Assembly (NCBI GenBank): GCA_963662335.2
Contig: CAXXVD010000005.1
Span: 96,001-160,000, forward strand
Reading direction: 5' to 3'
From: Chloroflexota bacterium
GTDB lineage: Bacteria; Chloroflexota; UBA11872; VXOZ01
Length of the DNA stretch: 64,000 nucleotides
The notes beneath the pieces were generated by a model. It did no database searches and had not been told where the DNA came from. It saw nothing but the letters and a program-made list of their open reading frames with translations. Numbering within the stretch: position 1 is the first letter of the stretch; the number at the start of each line of letters is the position of its first letter. Positions 40,396 to 53,793 of this stretch are shown piece by piece. A program made the translations under genes and the position numbers.

Positions 40396-41394
40396 ATGCC
40401 GTACCGCGTCCTCATTACCGATTACGTCTGGCCGACGCTCGACCGCGAGCGGGCAATCCTCGAGCCGCTGGGCGTGGAGTTGATCGCCTCGCCGAGCGGC
40501 GACGAGGAGACGTTGGCGGGTCTCGCTGCTGGTGTGGACGGCATCATGACCTGCTTCGCGGACGTAACGCCCACGGTGGTGCGCGCCTCCGAGCAACTCA
40601 AGGTCGTGGCGCGCTACGGCATCGGCGTGGACAACATCGCCGTAGACGTGGCCACGAGCCGCGGCGCGGTGGTGACGAACGTGCCAGAGTACTGCGTCGA
40701 GGAAGTGGCCGAGCACGCGCTGGCGCTCCTCTTCGCTTGCGCGCGCCGTGTGACCCGCTACGACCGGGCCGTGCGCGCCGGCCGCTGGAACAGCAAAGAG
40801 GGCATGCCCCTCTATCGCATTCAGGGCAAGACGCTCGGCATCGTCGGCTTTGGGCAGATCGGCAGGCGGGTGGCGGCCAAAGCGCAGGCATTGGGATTGG
40901 GCGTCCTGGCCCACGGCCCGCGTTTGTCGCACACAGAAGCCGCCGGACTGGGTTGCACGGCGGTGAGTCTCGCGGAACTCTTGCGTGAATCCGACTTCGT
41001 TACGCTCCATCTGCCGCTTACGGCGGAAACGGCGCAGATGTTCGACCGTCGGCGCTTTAGCCTGATGAAACCGGGCGCAATCTTCATCAACACGTCTCGC
41101 GGCGGCTTGGTTGAAAACGCCGCGCTCGAAGAGGCGCTCGCAGCCGGACGCCTCGCCGCCGCCGGTATCGACGTGTTGCCCCAAGAGCCGCCGGACAGCG
41201 CGGAACCGCTCTTGCGGCAGGAGAACCTCACCGTTACCCCGCACGTGGCGTTCTACAGCGAAGAGTCGCTGGCGGAACTCCAAACCCGCACGGCGCAGGC
41301 GGTCGCCCACGTTCTGCACGGCGCTATGCCGGAAAGCGTGGTCAATCCGGCGGTCTTGGAGCGGGTAGCGCTGCGCGCGGCCGGCACACCATGA
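40396..41394 (+). CDS. D-2-hydroxyacid dehydrogenase (C-terminal binding protein-like)
   Basis: RYGIGVDNI, NVPEYCVEEVAEH, GFGQIG, INTSRG and TPHVAFYS. Confidence 0.9.
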   Translation: MPYRVLITDYVWPTLDRERAILEPLGVELIASPSGDEETLAGLAAGVDGIMTCFADVTPTVVRASEQLKVVARYGIGVDNIAVDVATSRGAVVTNVPEYCVEEVAEHALALLFACARRVTRYDRAVRAGRWNSKEGMPLYRIQGKTLGIVGFGQIGRRVAAKAQALGLGVLAHGPRLSHTEAAGLGCTAVSLAELLRESDFVTLHLPLTAETAQMFDRRRFSLMKPGAIFINTSRGGLVENAALEEALAAGRLAAAGIDVLPQEPPDSAEPLLRQENLTVTPHVAFYSEESLAELQTRTAQAVAHVLHGAMPESVVNPAVLERVALRAAGTP

Positions 41395-41421
41395 ACTGTG
41401 CAATGGAAGAGGGAAAAGACC

Positions 41422-42258
41422 ATGTATGACTTTGCGGGAAAGGTAGCCGTGGTCACTGGCGGCGCGCTCGGCATCGGCGGCGCGACCGCCAGGCGGCTGG
41501 CGGCGGACGGCGCAAGCGTGCTCATTGCGGACATCGATGAGGCGGCGGCGCACGCCAATGCGTCCGGCATCCGTGAGGCGGGCGGCGAGGCTGCGGTCGT
41601 GGTGGCAGACGTGGGCCGCCCTGTTGACATTCGCGCGATGATCGACCGCGCCGTGGCAAAGTGGGGACGGTTGGACATTCTGGTTAACAACGCGTACTCC
41701 CCAATGGCGGCGCGCGACACGGTCCTTCTTGAGACTTCCGAAGAAGCCTGGGACGCCGGCGTGGGGGTGATGGCCAAGGCCCTCTTTCTCGCCGCCAAAC
41801 AGGCTGTGCCTCACATGGAGAAGAACCACGGCGGCAGCATCATCAACATCTCGTCTGTCCACGGTCTGCTGCAAGCGCCTGGAATGCTCGTCTACGAAGC
41901 CAGCAAGAGCGCCGTAATCGGCATGACGCGCCAGATGGCCGTCGAACTGGGCCCGCGCGGCATTCGCGTGAACGCCATCTGCCCGGGCCACATCGTGACT
42001 GAGAATATCCAGGCGCGCATGTGGGACGCTAATCCCAGCGGCTACGCCTTCTTCGCAGAACAGTATCCGCTGCGCCGCTGCGGCAAGCCCGCGGAGATCG
42101 CCGACGCCATTGCCTTCCTCTGCTCCGGCCAGGCCAGTTTCATTACCGGCCACGCCCTGGTGGTAGACGGCGGCCTGAGCATCCAGTTGCAGGAGAATCT
42201 GGGCGTGCGCCTGGCGCGGTACGTGCAAGAGAATCCCGAAACGCAACTACCTTACTAG
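41422..42258 (+). CDS. SDR family oxidoreductase
   Basis: TGGALGIG, NNA, YEASK and VNAICPG. Confidence 0.9.
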   Translation: MYDFAGKVAVVTGGALGIGGATARRLAADGASVLIADIDEAAAHANASGIREAGGEAAVVVADVGRPVDIRAMIDRAVAKWGRLDILVNNAYSPMAARDTVLLETSEEAWDAGVGVMAKALFLAAKQAVPHMEKNHGGSIINISSVHGLLQAPGMLVYEASKSAVIGMTRQMAVELGPRGIRVNAICPGHIVTENIQARMWDANPSGYAFFAEQYPLRRCGKPAEIADAIAFLCSGQASFITGHALVVDGGLSIQLQENLGVRLARYVQENPETQLPY

Positions 42259-42266
42259 GGGAGCGC

Positions 42267-43409
42267 ATGTCTGGGACACCACGCATCGGCATTCTTGGCA
42301 TCGGTCAGCGCGGCTTGCAGCACTTGGCCGCCCTCTGGCGCTTGCAGGAGATGGGACTCGTACGCATTGCCGCCCTTGGCGACGCGCACGAACCGAACCT
42401 GGAAGAGGCCAAGATTCGCCGTTTCGTGCCCGGCTATCGCCAGGAGAGCATCCGCCGCTACGCCGCCTTCGACGTGCTGCTGGCGTCGGCAGAGCTTGAC
42501 GCGCTCTACGTCTGCATTCCGCCCAACCTCCACAACGGCGAGGTCATCGCCGCCGCCGCACGCGGCCTGCACCTCTTCATCGAGAAGCCCATGAGTCTCG
42601 ACCTGGCCGAAGCGCAGGCCATGAACGCGGCCATCGACCGCGGCGGCGTCATTTCCGCCGTCGGCTTCCAGGAGCGCTACGACGCCTGGCATACGGCGAT
42701 GCGCGACTACCTGCGCGGCAAGCGCCTGGTCATGGCCACCATGGTGCGCGCCGGCAACGTAGAGAGCCATGCCGTCAAGCACACGCCAACCGAAGCCCTG
42801 GGCGGCCCGGCCAGCCGCATCTGGACCGCCTACCAGGCGTGGTCCGGCAACACCGTCGTGGAAGCGGGCATCCACCAGACCGATCTGCTGCGCTACTGGT
42901 GCGGCGAGATCGAGGCGGTGCAGGCGCGCTACGTGCCCCGTCCGCCGGACCTGGCCGCGACCGAGGGCGACAATCCGCTGGCATACAGCGTGACGTACAC
43001 GTTTGCCAACGGCGCCGTCGGCCATCTCATTATGTCGCGCTTGGCGCGAGTCTTTCATCAGGAGAACTACCTGCACGTCCTCTGGGACCACGGCCATCTG
43101 GGAGTGGAAGCGTCCGGGCCGGTTGCGTACTTTCACGACGGCGCGTACCCGCCCGCTACGCCTCCCGCCCCGGACGCCCTTCGCCACCCGCTGCCCGTGG
43201 GAGAGCGGGGCGATTCGACGCTGGAAGCCAGCCGCGCGTTCGCGCAGGCGGTTTCGCAGGCCGATCCCTCACTCATCCGCAGCCCGTTCGCCGACGCGCT
43301 GCGCAGTCTGGCGGCCGTGTTGGGCGCAAACGTCTCCGCCGCTCGCAATGGAGAACGAGTGTCCATCCCGGAATTGCTACACGACGCCCGCGCCGGAGAG
43401 CAGGATTAG
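42267..43409 (+). CDS. Gfo/Idh/MocA family oxidoreductase
   Basis: GIGQRG, IEKP, GFQERY and GIHQTD. Confidence 0.88.
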   Translation: MSGTPRIGILGIGQRGLQHLAALWRLQEMGLVRIAALGDAHEPNLEEAKIRRFVPGYRQESIRRYAAFDVLLASAELDALYVCIPPNLHNGEVIAAAARGLHLFIEKPMSLDLAEAQAMNAAIDRGGVISAVGFQERYDAWHTAMRDYLRGKRLVMATMVRAGNVESHAVKHTPTEALGGPASRIWTAYQAWSGNTVVEAGIHQTDLLRYWCGEIEAVQARYVPRPPDLAATEGDNPLAYSVTYTFANGAVGHLIMSRLARVFHQENYLHVLWDHGHLGVEASGPVAYFHDGAYPPATPPAPDALRHPLPVGERGDSTLEASRAFAQAVSQADPSLIRSPFADALRSLAAVLGANVSAARNGERVSIPELLHDARAGEQD

Positions 43410-43491
43410 TCCGCGGAATCACCCAATTGTGTAGACAAACCCAAGAGATTGTGAAATAATGCACATGAGCTTGGTTGCGCGCATGGGCGTG

Positions 43492-43500
43492 TGCTATACT
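43492..43500 (+). promoter_or_regulatory. Candidate extended -10 promoter of the atp operon
   Basis: TGC-TATACT 23 nt before the atpZ ATG. Confidence 0.5.
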
Positions 43501-43523
43501 TGCGTGGCGCAAGAAGGAAGACG

Positions 43524-43751
43524 ATGCCGCGGCAGGCCAAGAAGCGCATAGAGATTGGGCCCCTGCGCGCGGGGCTATTCGCGCTCCAGTTTGGCTTCGT
43601 GGTTGGCGCGTTCGTGCTCGGCGGTGTTTGGGCCGGCGCCTACCTGGATGAACGGTTCGGCACCGGGCCGGCGCTGGTCATCGTGGGTATGTTCGTAGGG
43701 CTGCTGTGTAGCGCGGGAACGCTGTACCGGCTTTTCCGCATGCAGATTTAG
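43524..43751 (+). CDS. atpZ: AtpZ/AtpI family protein
   Basis: Two TM helices with GAYLDERFGTGP; first gene of the atp operon. Confidence 0.8.
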   Translation: MPRQAKKRIEIGPLRAGLFALQFGFVVGAFVLGGVWAGAYLDERFGTGPALVIVGMFVGLLCSAGTLYRLFRMQI

Positions 43752-43759
43752 GAAGGGCT

Positions 43760-44518
43760 ATGGATTTCCTGGAAGTCATTGGCTTCAAGGGGCTGCACAT
43801 CTCGCTTGCAGCCGAGCCGCTCTTCCACATCGGCCCGGTTATCATTACCAATACCATCTTCACCGCCTGGATCGTGATGGCGCTCCTCGTCATCGCCTCG
43901 TTCCTTGCCACGCGCAAGATGCAACTCGTGCCCAGCGGCTTGCAGAACTTCGGCGAAGCCATCGTGGAGATGCTCTACGACATCGTCGAAGGCGTAGTGG
44001 GCGCCCGCGCCCGGGTCGTCTTTCCCATCATCGCCACCTTCTTCATCTACATCGTCGTGGCCAACTGGATGGGACTCCTGCCGGGCTTCAACAGCCTCGG
44101 CGTCTGGGGAGACGACGGCAAGGGCCACGAGATATTCATACCGATCTTTCGCGCCGCCAACAGCGACCTCAACATGACCCTGGGCATGGCGCTCATCGCC
44201 TTCATTCTCATTCACGCCGGCGGCCTTATCGTCCACAAGCCGCTCGGCTACCTGAAGCATCTGGCCGGCCCTTTGCCAATCCTGATTCTCATCAACGTCG
44301 CAATCGAGTCCTTCGTGCCCGTGTCGCTCTCCGTCCGGCTCTTTGGCAACATCTTTGCCGGTGAAGTCCTGCTTCTGGTCATGCGCGCGCCGGTGATTGG
44401 CGCGGCGTTCATGGTGTTGGAGGTGCTCTTCGGTCTCATCCAGGGGCTCATCTTTACCATGCTCTCGCTGATCTTCCTCGGCATCGCCATGAGCGGCGAG
44501 CATGAAGAAGCGCACTAA
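43760..44518 (+). CDS. atpB: F0 subunit a
   Basis: PSGLQN, NWMGLLP, SLSVRLFGNIFAGE and IQGLIF. Confidence 0.95.
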   Translation: MDFLEVIGFKGLHISLAAEPLFHIGPVIITNTIFTAWIVMALLVIASFLATRKMQLVPSGLQNFGEAIVEMLYDIVEGVVGARARVVFPIIATFFIYIVVANWMGLLPGFNSLGVWGDDGKGHEIFIPIFRAANSDLNMTLGMALIAFILIHAGGLIVHKPLGYLKHLAGPLPILILINVAIESFVPVSLSVRLFGNIFAGEVLLLVMRAPVIGAAFMVLEVLFGLIQGLIFTMLSLIFLGIAMSGEHEEAH

Positions 44519-44616
44519 GGAGCGAGCTATCGGAGAGTCCCAGAGAAGTCGTTGCACGCACCCGTCAATGCAAGACCCGTCACTATAAGACCGGTCAATT
44601 CAAGGTAGACTGGACG

Positions 44617-44700
44617 ACGGAGTTCGGCATTGCTAGGAAGCCGGGGTCCGTCATTGCTAGAAAGACGGAGTCCGTCATTCCCGCGAAAGCGGGAATCCAG
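44617..44700 (+). repeat. 24-nt tandem repeat ending in a family D hairpin, between atpB and atpE
   Basis: ACGGAGTTCGGCATTGCTAGGAAG / CCGGGGTCCGTCATTGCTAGAAAG / ACGGAGTCCGTCATTCCCGCGAAAGCGGGAATCCAG. Confidence 0.8.
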
Positions 44701-44787
44701 AAGTTCAAGCGTACGAACGCAACAGTACGAGCAGTTGTGTCACAGGTAGCGATCCAGTAGCGATCACAGTAAGGAGAAGAGGCATCC

Positions 44788-45018
44788 ATGGATCCGGAAA
44801 CTGCTGCAAAGTTGGCCGCGGGCATCGCGATGGGCGTCGGGGCCATTGGCCCGGGGCTGGGTATCGGTATCGCGGTGAGCGGCGCGATGGAGGCAATCGG
44901 GCGCAATCCGGAGGCCGCCAATGACGTTCGCAACACCCTGATCATCGGCGCGGGCCTGGCCGAGGCCATCGCCATCTATTCGTTGCTAACCGCGATCCTG
45001 CTCATCTTCTTGGGGTAG
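44788..45018 (+). CDS. atpE: F0 subunit c (proton type)
   Basis: GPGLGIG, RNPEA and LAEAIAIY. Lacks the Q...ES/T Na+ signature. Confidence 0.96.
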   Translation: MDPETAAKLAAGIAMGVGAIGPGLGIGIAVSGAMEAIGRNPEAANDVRNTLIIGAGLAEAIAIYSLLTAILLIFLG

Positions 45019-45089
45019 CGCGCGTGGGCGACGGAACGCCACGTCAGGGTAGACACGAGAACCGGTAGCCATAGGGAGAAGGTTTCGCT

Positions 45090-45584
45090 ATGGGCGAGTT
45101 GGGCATCAACCCGACGTACCTCGCCTTTCAGATCGTCAACTTTCTGCTTCTCGTCTTTCTGCTGCACCGCCTGCTCTACCGCCCCATTCTCAACATGCTG
45201 GAGCAGCGGAAGGAGCGCATTCGCGAAGGCCAGGAGGCGGCGGAACGCGCGCGCGCCGACGCGGAGCAGATGCGGCAAGAGTATGAGCGCCAGCTTGAGG
45301 AATCCCGCGCGCACGCCCGCAAGATCATCGAGGACGCCACCGCCGCCGCGGAGCGCCTGCGGGAAGAGAGCGTCGCAAACGCCCAGCAGGAGGCGGAGCG
45401 CATTCTGGAACGCGGTCAAGAGCAACTCCGCGCGGAGGTTGCCCACGCCCGCCGCGAACTGCGGCAGGAGGTGGCCGCTTTGTCCGTAGAAGTGGCCGGC
45501 AAACTCATTCAAGAGAGCCTCGATTCCGAAGAGAACCGGCAGCTTGCCGCGCGCCTCGTTTCGGACCTGGATGACTCATCCTAA
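45090..45584 (+). CDS. atpF: F0 subunit b
   Basis: QIVNFLLL...LYRPI TM anchor followed by coiled coil. Confidence 0.93.
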   Translation: MGELGINPTYLAFQIVNFLLLVFLLHRLLYRPILNMLEQRKERIREGQEAAERARADAEQMRQEYERQLEESRAHARKIIEDATAAAERLREESVANAQQEAERILERGQEQLRAEVAHARRELRQEVAALSVEVAGKLIQESLDSEENRQLAARLVSDLDDSS

Positions 45585-45639
45585 GGCAGCCATACTTGGC
45601 GGCAATCTAGGCAATAGTCCTAGGCGGCTCCGCTCTTGT

Positions 45640-45673
45640 CCCTCTCCCTGAGGGAGAGGGCGAGGGTGAGGGT
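45640..45673. repeat. Palindromic family F element between atpF and atpH
   Basis: CCCTCTCCCTGAGGGAGAGGG hairpin plus CGAGGGTGAGGGT. Confidence 0.75.
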
Positions 45674-45729
45674 TGGAAGCGCGGAGAGAAGTTGGATCAA
45701 GTGGTAGTAGTCTCTAGCGAGCGGACTTC

Positions 45730-46260
45730 GTGAGCAGTTCCATCAACGTGCGCCGCTACACGCGCGGCGTGCTGAACTATGCGCAACAGACCGGCACGCT
45801 CGACCGGTGGCGGCAGGACCTGGCGGTTCTGCTGGCAGTGGGCGAGGATCGCGCCATTCGCCACTTCCTGGAAGACCCACGCCTCACGTTGGCGGAGCGC
45901 ATGGCGGTCGTGCGCCGCGCGGTCGGCGCTGGCGTCTCCGCCGCCGGCCTCGACCTCTTGAGCATTCTCATCGAAGACCGGGCGGTGCGGGTCTTGCCGC
46001 AGCTTGCGCGCCACGTCCTGCGCGAGGCGGACCGGCTTGATGGCATCGCCCGCGTCCGCGTCACCAGCGCCGTGCCCTTGACCGACGACCTGCGCGAGCA
46101 ATTGCGGCAGTCCATCGGCAGAGGCCGCACGGTTCTCTTGGAAGAGACGGTAGATCCCGCAATCATCGGCGGCTTCATCCTGCGTGAGGAAGACCGCCTC
46201 TTAGACCTGAGCGTCCAAGCGTCGCTCAAAGCGATGGAGGAGCAACTGGCGCGCGTCTGA
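45730..46260 (+). CDS. atpH: F1 subunit delta
   Basis: RRY, VTSAVPL, VDPAIIGG and DLSV; operon position. Confidence 0.9.
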   Translation: MSSSINVRRYTRGVLNYAQQTGTLDRWRQDLAVLLAVGEDRAIRHFLEDPRLTLAERMAVVRRAVGAGVSAAGLDLLSILIEDRAVRVLPQLARHVLREADRLDGIARVRVTSAVPLTDDLREQLRQSIGRGRTVLLEETVDPAIIGGFILREEDRLLDLSVQASLKAMEEQLARV

Positions 46261-46346
46261 CGCGCAGTCCGCGTCTGCGCACAGCCCACGCGTACGCGCG
46301 GCATTCATGAGCGCGAGCGCGCGCACCGAAAGGAGAAGAGGGCCTC

Positions 46347-47879
<1,533 letters not shown>

Positions 47880-48761
47880 GTGCCGAGCATTCGCCAACTG
47901 CGGCGGCGCATTCGCGGGGTCCAGAACACCCGCCAAATCACGCGCGCGATGGAGCTTGTGGCCTCCAGCCGCCTGCGCCGCGCGCAGGAGCGCGTGCTGG
48001 CCTCCCGGCCCTACGCCGAGCGTATCCGGGCGGTCATCAGCAACCTGGCCGCGGTCAGCGGCGCGCAGGATCTCCATCCTCTACTGCAAGTGCGACCGCT
48101 TTCCCGCGCGGCGCTCATCCTGTTCACCACCAGCCGGGGACTGTGCGGCAGCCTGAACTCCAACATGGTGCGGGCGGCGGTCAGCTTTACCGTTGACCGC
48201 GGCGTACCGGTTGACATCATTGCCGTGGGGACAAAAGGCCCGGCGCTGCTGCGCTCGGTCGGCCTCAGCGGCTCCGTCTCCGCCCAGTACCAAGACTTGG
48301 GCAACTACCCCAACCTAGCGGACATTCTGCCGATTGCGCGCAGCGTGGTCGACGGCTTCACCGGCGCGGAGTACGATGAGGTCTACGTGGGCTTCTCCCA
48401 GTTTGTGAACTTGATGCGCCAGGAGCCGACGCTGACGCGCATTCTGCCAATCGCGCCGGACGAAATCGAGTCCGCCGCGGCGCAGGCCTACCGCCAGGTG
48501 GACTACATCTACGAGCCGGACCCGGATGACGTGCTTTCCACGCTCTTGCCCCGTTTCATCGAATCGCAAATCTACCGCGCGTTGCTGGAAAGCATCGCCA
48601 GCGAGCACAGCGCGCGCATGATCGCGATGCGCAACGCTACGGAGAACGCGGAAGAAATCCTCCGCGACCTTACCCTCACCTACAACAAGGTGCGGCAAAC
48701 CGCGATTACCAACGAGGTCATCGAGATTGCCACGGCGGCGCGCGCCATAGCCGGGGCCTAG
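47880..48761 (+). CDS. atpG: F1 subunit gamma
   Basis: QITRAMELVA, RGLCGSLN, SEHSARM and RQTAITNE. Confidence 0.97.
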   Translation: MPSIRQLRRRIRGVQNTRQITRAMELVASSRLRRAQERVLASRPYAERIRAVISNLAAVSGAQDLHPLLQVRPLSRAALILFTTSRGLCGSLNSNMVRAAVSFTVDRGVPVDIIAVGTKGPALLRSVGLSGSVSAQYQDLGNYPNLADILPIARSVVDGFTGAEYDEVYVGFSQFVNLMRQEPTLTRILPIAPDEIESAAAQAYRQVDYIYEPDPDDVLSTLLPRFIESQIYRALLESIASEHSARMIAMRNATENAEEILRDLTLTYNKVRQTAITNEVIEIATAARAIAGA

Positions 48762-48777
48762 ACATGATAGAGTATAG

Positions 48778-50229
<1,452 letters not shown>

Positions 50230-50231
50230 CC

Positions 50232-50684
50232 ATGGCCGCGCTCACTTCCACACAGTTGCTGCGCCTCGAGATCATTACCGCCGAACGGATTGTCCTCAGC
50301 GAGGAGGCAATCACGTCCGTTCAGGTTCCGGCGGCGGACGGGCGCGTCGGCATCCTGCCGCGCCACGCGCCGTTGATGACAACGCTGGCGCCCGGCGAAC
50401 TCATCCTGCGCAAGGACGATGAAATCGAGTCCTTCTTCGTTACCGGGGGGTTCCTGGAAGTACGCAACAACCACGTGGCCGTCCTGGCGGATGCTTCCGA
50501 ACGGGCTGAGGAGATCGACATTGCCCGCGCCGAAGAGGCCCGGCGCCGCGCCGAGGCCGTACTCAGCGAAAAGAGGGACAAGTCACAACTGGTAGCCGCC
50601 GAAATAGCCCTGCGCCGGGCGTTGATCCGCTTGCGCTTGGCGCAGCAAGCGCGGCGCAGGCGCGGTTCCTCTCAGGCGCGGTAG
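50232..50684 (+). CDS. atpC: F1 subunit epsilon
   Basis: GILPRHAP, GGFLEV and IDIARAEEA. Confidence 0.95.
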   Translation: MAALTSTQLLRLEIITAERIVLSEEAITSVQVPAADGRVGILPRHAPLMTTLAPGELILRKDDEIESFFVTGGFLEVRNNHVAVLADASERAEEIDIARAEEARRRAEAVLSEKRDKSQLVAAEIALRRALIRLRLAQQARRRRGSSQAR

Positions 50685-50910
50685 CGGCGGCGTTGCAAGC
50701 GAAATTGGCGGACGTGCGCCCGAGAGTTAAGTGCACCCCGCCCGGCGGCGACAGTCGGCTGTCCACCGCACGCGCCGCGCGTACTACCGGCAAGACCGCC
50801 AGAGGCTTTGAAGCCATGCGAGCGGCGTGCGCGGCGAGATCGGCCATTTCCTGTGTCGCGGCGTTTGTGCGTAGTCAATGGATGCGAACTCCTCCCAGGA
50901 GCAGATCACA

Positions 50911-52209
50911 ATGGCCGACGTGGTCGAAGACGCGGCGTTGGAACAACGAACGCGGGCGGAAACGGCTGTCATCCATGGCGGACGGCGCCTGGCCGGCGAG
51001 GTACGCGCCCGCGGCGCCAAGAACTGCGCGCTGCCGCTCATGGCCGCGGCGTTGCTCACCAAAGAGACGTGCGTACTCCACAATCCGCCTTTCATTCGCG
51101 ACATCCAGGCAATGGCCGACTTGCTTACCAGCCTGGGCGCCCGCGTCGAGATGGACGAGCGCGGGCGTACCATCGCCATCACTGCCGCCGCGATCGGTTC
51201 AACGCGAACCCCCAGCGCCATTGCCGCCAGCTTTCGCGCCTCATTCCTCGTAACCGGTCCGCTCCTGGCGCGGGCGGGGCAGGCCTCGTCGGTGCATCCC
51301 GGCGGCTGCAAGATCGGCGAGCGTCCCGTAAACGTGGACTTGCTCGGATTCGAGGCTATGGGGGCCGCGGTCGAGCGTCAAGAGTTGGAGTACACCCTGA
51401 CCGCCGAGCGGCTCAGCGGCGCGCGCCTCTACCTGGATTATCCCAGCCACACCGGCACCGAAAATCTCATGCTTGCCGCCACGCTCGCCCAGGGGACGAG
51501 CGTGATTCGACACGCCTCCGCCGAGCCGGAGGTAGTCGCATTGGCCGAGTGCCTCAACCGCATGGGCGCGCGTATCTCCGGCGCGGGCACGAACACCATT
51601 GAAATCGAAGGGGTGGACACGCTCCACGGTGCGGAGTGGGACGTCATTCCCGACCGCCACGAAGCCGGCAGCTTTGCCCTCGCCGGCGCTATAACCGGCG
51701 GCGCGGTAACCATCCACAATGTAAACTACGACCACGTCGAACCGGTGTTCTACAAGCTGGCGCAGTGCGGTGTTACCATACAGAGCACGCAAGACCCCAT
51801 CACCGTGTCCGCGGACCGTCCCTTGCGGGCCGTGGAGGTGCAAGCCATTCATTTTCCCGGGTTTCCCACGGACTTGCAACCGCAGGTCTGCGCCCTGCTC
51901 ACCCAGGCCCGCGGGGAGAGCGTCATCCACGAGCGCGTCTTCGAAGCGCGGTTCAACTACGTGGAGGAACTGCGCAAGTTGGGCGCTGACGTTGGCGTCG
52001 CCGGCGAGAAAGCCTACGTGCGCGGGCCCACGCGGTTGCACGGCGCGGACGTGCGCGCCCTGGACATCCGTTCCGGCGTCGCCCTGCTGTTGGCCGGCCT
52101 GGCAGCGGAAGGCACGACGCGGGTCACGGACATGCACCACGTCTTTCGCGGGTATGAGTCGCTGCCGGAAGACCTTAACCGCCTCGGCGCGCACGTAATG
52201 ATGGAATAG
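50911..52209 (+). CDS. murA: UDP-N-acetylglucosamine 1-carboxyvinyltransferase
   Basis: [18 protein letters not shown] (active Cys), FPTDLQ and DIRSG. Start could be 50878. Confidence 0.95.
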   Translation: MADVVEDAALEQRTRAETAVIHGGRRLAGEVRARGAKNCALPLMAAALLTKETCVLHNPPFIRDIQAMADLLTSLGARVEMDERGRTIAITAAAIGSTRTPSAIAASFRASFLVTGPLLARAGQASSVHPGGCKIGERPVNVDLLGFEAMGAAVERQELEYTLTAERLSGARLYLDYPSHTGTENLMLAATLAQGTSVIRHASAEPEVVALAECLNRMGARISGAGTNTIEIEGVDTLHGAEWDVIPDRHEAGSFALAGAITGGAVTIHNVNYDHVEPVFYKLAQCGVTIQSTQDPITVSADRPLRAVEVQAIHFPGFPTDLQPQVCALLTQARGESVIHERVFEARFNYVEELRKLGADVGVAGEKAYVRGPTRLHGADVRALDIRSGVALLLAGLAAEGTTRVTDMHHVFRGYESLPEDLNRLGAHVMME

Positions 52210-52217
52210 CACCGCTC

Positions 52218-53228
52218 ATGTTTGGCGCACAGCAAATCGGCATCGACCTGGGAACGGCCAACGTGCTGGTGTACGTGCCGGGGCGGGGCATTGCCGTCAA
52301 CGGCCCGTCGGTCGTTGCCGTATCGACCGAAGACGATCACGTGGAAACTATCGGCGACGAAGCGCGCCAGATGATCGGGCGCGCGCCGAATAACATCGCC
52401 GTTGTGCGCCCGATGCGTGAAGGCGTCATCGCGAATTACGTGGTAACCCAGGAGATGATTCGCCACCTCATCCGGCGAGTCTGCGGGCGGGTGCGCTTCT
52501 TCAAGCCGGACGTGATGGTCTCGGTGCCCACCGGCGTTACGAGCGTCGAGCGGCGCGCGGTGCACGACGCCGTCATCTCCGCCGGCGCGGGCAACGCCTA
52601 TCTCATCCACGAACCCCTTGCCGCCGCCCTCGGGGCGAATTTGCCGATCTCCTCGCCCAGCGGCAGCATGGTCGTGAACATCGGCGGCGGCACCACTGAA
52701 GTCGCGGTGCTTTCGCTGAACGCGATTGTCGTCTCCGATTCGGTGCGCGTGGGCGGCAATCGCATAGACACGACCATCTACAATTATGTCAAGAGGCACT
52801 ACAACCTCCTCATTGGCGAGGGAACGGCCGAAGAGGTGAAGATCGCCATCGGCAGCGCCCTGCCGTTGGAGCCGCCGCTCTCGCTCGAAGTGCGCGGGAG
52901 AGACCAGGTAGCGGGCCTCCCCCGGACCATTTCGATCAATTCCGATGAGATCACCGAGGCGATCCAAGAGACCGTAGGCATCATCGTCAAGTGCGTCCGC
53001 GACGTGCTCGAAAAGACGCCGCCGGAACTTGCCTCCGACATCATCGACCGGGGCATCATCATGACCGGCGGCGGCGCCCTGCTGCGGAATCTGGACGGCC
53101 TGCTCACCCAGGAAACCGGCATCCCCTGCTACGTTGCCGACAGCCCCCTGACCTGCGTCGCGCTCGGCACTGGTGTGGCGTTGCAATACTTCGACGCGCT
53201 CAAGCGCAGCCTCTATACTACCCGCTAA
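52218..53228 (+). CDS. mreB: Rod shape-determining protein MreB/Mbl
   Basis: [29 protein letters not shown] and TGGGALL. Confidence 0.95.
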   Translation: MFGAQQIGIDLGTANVLVYVPGRGIAVNGPSVVAVSTEDDHVETIGDEARQMIGRAPNNIAVVRPMREGVIANYVVTQEMIRHLIRRVCGRVRFFKPDVMVSVPTGVTSVERRAVHDAVISAGAGNAYLIHEPLAAALGANLPISSPSGSMVVNIGGGTTEVAVLSLNAIVVSDSVRVGGNRIDTTIYNYVKRHYNLLIGEGTAEEVKIAIGSALPLEPPLSLEVRGRDQVAGLPRTISINSDEITEAIQETVGIIVKCVRDVLEKTPPELASDIIDRGIIMTGGGALLRNLDGLLTQETGIPCYVADSPLTCVALGTGVALQYFDALKRSLYTTR

Positions 53229-53326
53229 CGCCGGATTTCTCGCGGATGCCGCTCGCTGGTGTGATGCCATGCCATGCGGTATAGTGCTACAATTATGGTA
53301 GAGTGCCGCGCGGGAAGGAGCGGAAC

Positions 53327-53590
53327 ATGGACTATGACGCAATCGCAACCATCGCTACGATAATCATAGCGGCCGTGTCAGTTGGCGTGCTGCTCTTGCG
53401 GCTGGAAGGCCGCGTATCGCGCCTCGATAGCCGTGTGTCAGGACTTGACGCTCGTGTATCCGATCTTGAGAGCCGCATGACCAACCTTGAGAACCGCATG
53501 GTGGAGTTCGGCGAGCGCCTCGCCCGCATCGAGGGGCTGCTGGAAGGTCACTTCTCCAGCAGCAGAGGCTCGGACAAGCAAAACGACTAG
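53327..53590 (+). CDS. Small TM-anchored coiled-coil protein
   Basis: Own TGC-TACAAT promoter (53285-53293) and AAGGAG RBS. Heptads VSRLDSR VSGLDAR VSDLESR MTNLENR, ending RLARIEG. Confidence 0.75.
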   Translation: MDYDAIATIATIIIAAVSVGVLLLRLEGRVSRLDSRVSGLDARVSDLESRMTNLENRMVEFGERLARIEGLLEGHFSSSRGSDKQND

Positions 53591-53793
53591 CTAGTCCGCT
53601 ATGCTGCCGAATGCTTGCTCCCGCCGCTTCGCTCAGGGGCTGAAGTCTCGCTCACGGCGCGTATAGAACTCCCACTTGCGCCCGGTATTGCATTGACGGC
53701 TAACGGCGCGCATTGACAAGCGCCACTCCAACGCTGCGTGAAACCGGCAAGGCTCTTCGCGGCAGCGTGCGCGGTGACTGAAGGAGGATCAGC

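Noticed and set aside
44788-45018. Na+-translocating or N-type ATPase
   Set aside because: Subunit c lacks the Q and ES/T Na+ ligands, and the gene order is the standard F-type.
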